From Selaginella moellendorffii (Eukaryota; Plantae; Lycopodiophyta), in the NCBI RefSeq assembly GCF_000143415.4, contig NW_003314277.1:865878-929877 (forward strand): a stretch of 64,000 bases of DNA, read 5' to 3'. Positions 60,701 through 64,000 of this stretch are shown here, in pieces (position 1 is the stretch's first letter; each line of letters opens with the position of its first letter). A program made the translations under genes and the position numbers. Under the pieces are notes generated by a model that did not search any database, was not told the origin of the DNA, and was given only the letters and a program-made list of their open reading frames with translations.

Positions 60701-62907
60701 ATCCTGAGAGGCGGCCATGGGACGATCCAAGAGGCAAAGAGCCATGGGTTCTAGAGAGGTAGTGCTATAGGTTCCTGAGAGGGAGACAAATTCCTATCGT
60801 GGATACGAGAGAGTGCTTGGATGTAAAGGGAGAGTGATCTTAGATTCATGTCATCGAGATCAAGAGGGAGTGTTGAGGTATACGCTCTCTATGACATGAT
60901 CCTAGGTGGCAGTAGTGCCACTTCACTGATCCAAGTGTAGGCTAGAGGTGTGTCTCTTGATCATGTATATATATCTATGATATTATATATAATTATCCTT
61001 TGAGTCATCCTTGTCCATCGTAGCTTCCACTCTTCTTCTTCTTCAGATCAGAGGTATGCACATATGCTGCACAACCGAAAACTCAAAAGTGGGACACATT
61101 AGAAGTAGAATCTGTCCAAAATGCCTCAAGGGTTTTTCCATCCAAAGCAGCTGTGGCAAGGTGATTTTGGACATGCATTGGCCTCTTGCCAAAACATCTT
61201 ATCAAGATGTGGATTAGCTAACAAAGCGTGAGCAGCATTGACAAGAGTGCGATTCTTCGTTTTTACAACACCATTTTGCTGGGGGGTGTAGCGGGCTGTA
61301 ACTTGCAATCATATGCCTACATCACGACAGATGCCCCGAAGCTCATTGTTGAGGTATTCACCACCACCATCAACTTGAAGAGTTTTTATCTTTCGACCAA
61401 AGAGATTTTCAACATATGCTTTGTATATTTGAAATGTAGCAACTGCATCACTCTTACACATCAAGAAGTGAATGCATGTCCAACAGCTATAGTCATCAAT
61501 AAATGTGATCAAATATCTTGCACCATCATGGCTTGGCATGTCCATGGGGCCACAAAGATCAGAATGGACCTAGTCTAGAAGTTCAATTGCTCGATGCGTG
61601 CTCAATGAGAAATTCTGGCAGTGATGCTTGCCTAAAACATAAGCTTCACAAAATGTAAATGGGATATGTCGGAAATCCAATCCAATAACAATATCTTGGG
61701 ATTTCATCTATTGAAGAGATTGATAATGACATAACCAAGTCTCTTGTGCCAAAGTTCCACACAAGAATTTGCCTCTACAGTTTGAAAAGCCTAAACTTGG
61801 TCGGCAACAATGATTTCATACAAGTCCCCAATGTGTGGCCTATGAAGCAACTGTGTACCAAGCATGTGAAAGTTGCTAGAGTCAACCAAAGAGACTCCCT
61901 TTGCATCAAAGACTACCATTGCATTTTGATTATATATCTTGGTAATGGACATTAAATTTTGTCACAAGGTGGAAATGTGCATGGCACTATCAAATGCCAC
62001 AGTCCTCCCATGATTAAGTGAGAGTTGAAATTGCCTAATGCCTTCCACAAGGATAGTGGTATTGTCATTTAAATGAACACCATGTTTTCCAATGCTAGAT
62101 TGATAACACTCAAAAAGACTCTTTTATTGCCCATAAAATTAGTACAACTAGAGTCTAGGAGCCACCTACTTGGTGTTACAATTGCCTCTTCATTATAGAG
62201 CTCCTCAACCACCTCATTTGTTGTAGCAATTCAGATTGGCTTTTGCCATCATAGCTAGTCACTTGTTATCTTTGGTTGGAAAAGCAATCATCCCTGGTTG
62301 GAGAAGCAGGCTCTCAACTGCATTCTTCCAGCTAGCTGGCAAGGACCTGTAGAGATGCAACCTTTGTTGCTCATCTGTGAGATAGTGCTTCGCTAGCAGC
62401 CGCAAGTTGTGTGAAAAAGCCTTGGAGTTTGGCAAGTGTGAGTCTGAATACTGCCATTTTCCTCTAGCCTTAAGGAATCCATTTGTGAATGGATGTTGAA
62501 AACATCCATTTCACTCTTGGTGCCATAGGTGTCACTCAACCACTTCCAGAGTGCTGCTGCAGTGGACTTTAGAATCGATGGGGCAACAAAGAGAACATTC
62601 GAGGACAAGCACATTGCAATACTCCCTCTAGCCTTGGAATCCTAAAGGTTCCAATCATGCACCTTAGCAGCACTAGAGCCTAGAGCCGGTGATGGCTTTG
62701 TCCCATCTACAATCCCCAACAAACCATGAAACAAGAGGTAGGATTCAAGATGGATCTTGAATCCCTCAAACCCTTCTCTATCAAACTCACGGATGGATGG
62801 CTTTCCTTCCATAGTGCTATCCCAGCTCCCATACCATGAGACAAATCACACTAGCGGACAGAACAAGAAAACCCTAATGTCTATGTGGTCAGACATGTCG
62901 TGTAACA
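57730..62907 (-). mobile_element. Degenerate Ty1/copia LTR retrotransposon with very short LTRs (57730-57816; 62837-62907)
   Basis: Both LTRs run TGAGACAAATC...TGTAACA. iMet-type PBS (TGGTATGGGAGC) and PPT GGGGGAG. Integrase (FIDDYS, YTPQQNG), RT (KALYGLKQ, LYVDDL) and RNase H (SSAEAEY, KHIEVQFH) occur in copia order. Confidence 0.93.
59882..61045 (+). mobile_element. Nested non-autonomous TRIM-like element with 175-bp LTRs (59882-60056; 60871-61045) and TSD GATCA
   Basis: TG..CA LTRs, PBS TGGTATCGGAGCC, PPT AAGAGGGAG, and GATCA on both sides. No intact internal ORF. Confidence 0.95.
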
Positions 62908-63221
62908 AAGAGGAGGGTCACAATGCGGGTCTTCCCTCAATCTTCCTTCACCGCATAGACTAAAAGCTATGTTGGCTTGCGTCATCCAGCATTGATCCAA
63001 GACTTGTTGTTAAGTTCGTGCCTGCTACGGCAGACATCGCTTCCCTCCCATCGATGAACACTCGCCCACCGGCAAAGCACTATTCTCTTCCTATATCTTT
63101 CTGTTCTGCCAGGTTGAAAGACAGCTTCGCGTATGCAACACCAAGCCGAGGGAAGATCTCTCGAGTATACGGCGACAGAAGCTCTCACAGTGAGTGTGCT
63201 GTCTTTGGATCGCTCTCATCA

Positions 63222-64000
63222 GCCATGTACACTCATATGCATTCGAACATTCGAATGCAACCAGATTCGAACGGGTATTGAACGTTTAATACCCGTTTAG
63301 CTTTTTTTCGAACGGGTATAATGGTTTTCAGTTTTAATATAATTAAAAAATAATTAACTGTTACTAAACAAAGTTTAACATAATATAATATAGGTTTAAT
63401 CTAATCTTCATCCTTTGAATCTAGAACATCATCACCACTAGCGTCGTCATCATCAGGTTGTTGAAGAGGTTCTTCAACAACCTCCTGAAGTGCAAGGATC
63501 CTTTGCCACTGAGGCTCAAGCTCAAGGTTATCAAGATCATGCCGATAAGCCTCAAACTCCCGAACTCAATCTTCTATACGACACGCATATTTGTGTGCAC
63601 AAAAACCAGCTTCTCCAAATTTTTGGAGAGTAGTCGAGACCTCCTCTTCATCTAGATCATGCTCCATGAGCTCCAGTTTCGCTCCCATGGTGAAGCACAA
63701 ATTGGCTGACTCAAGATCCGTAAAGCAAGCCTTTGAAGTTCTGGTGTGCCTACACCAAAGTTGCTCCACCAACTCACCGGGTGTTTCTAGTTCTCCATCT
63801 ATACAAGAGAATCAGTCTAAAAAGTTGACAAACAAACAGTTTATACACACCTGCTTTGCTGCCTCCGAAGAGAACAAACGGCCAAGTTGTTGACGGAAAC
63901 TCTAAAACTCATGCAGCAGCTTGTGTTGAAGTCCTCGATCTCCTTTGCAATACAACTCTAGGTACTCCACAAAATCTTCCTGAGCCTCCTGGTCAAGAGG
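63222..64000 (-). mobile_element. hAT DNA transposon remnant (dimerization domain and 3' subterminal region)
   Basis: SWWSNFG..TPELQRLALRILSQ..ASPWERNWS...KRRSRL...LEKLVFVHTN with TAG stops; repeated TTCGAAC(GGGTA) subterminal motifs. Confidence 0.8.

Overview
Compact plant nuclear DNA with very short introns, (AG)n leaders and PLS-PPRs built from short repeats. The style resembles a lycophyte such as Selaginella, but that is inference only. From left to right: a decayed retroelement; four lipid-transfer-protein genes around a tRNA-Arg(CCT); ferritin; DOMON/cytochrome b561; a rearranged array of alpha-carbonic anhydrase copies and RRP45 5' fragments (tandem and inverted) ending in intact RRP45; a NYN/OST-HTH endonuclease (DNE1-like); a PLS PPR; an old Ty3/gypsy element with a nested solo LTR; an acidic MGC-start protein; a P-class PPR; tRNA-Arg(CCG); a TLC-domain protein; two convergent NAC genes; IPUT1; GAPN; NRPB9; an aspartic protease; PDAT; a small secreted Cys-rich peptide; an F-box gene with an internal stop; a short-LTR copia element with a nested TRIM; and a hAT remnant. 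The most notable observations are: (1) an otherwise intact GAPN with no usable in-frame AUG and a changed cofactor-binding loop; (2) a tRNA-Arg(CCG) on a tRNA-Arg(CCT) body with a matching change at base 37; (3) a minimal, disulfide-less secreted alpha-CA amplified together with the RRP45 5' end into a long inverted repeat; (4) a 6-Cys peptide with beta-defensin-like cysteine order; (5) an F-box stop that a 48-nt in-frame intron could remove. No clear multi-gene novel system is demonstrated. Exon boundaries and family calls were made by eye and from recalled family motifs, without database searches.
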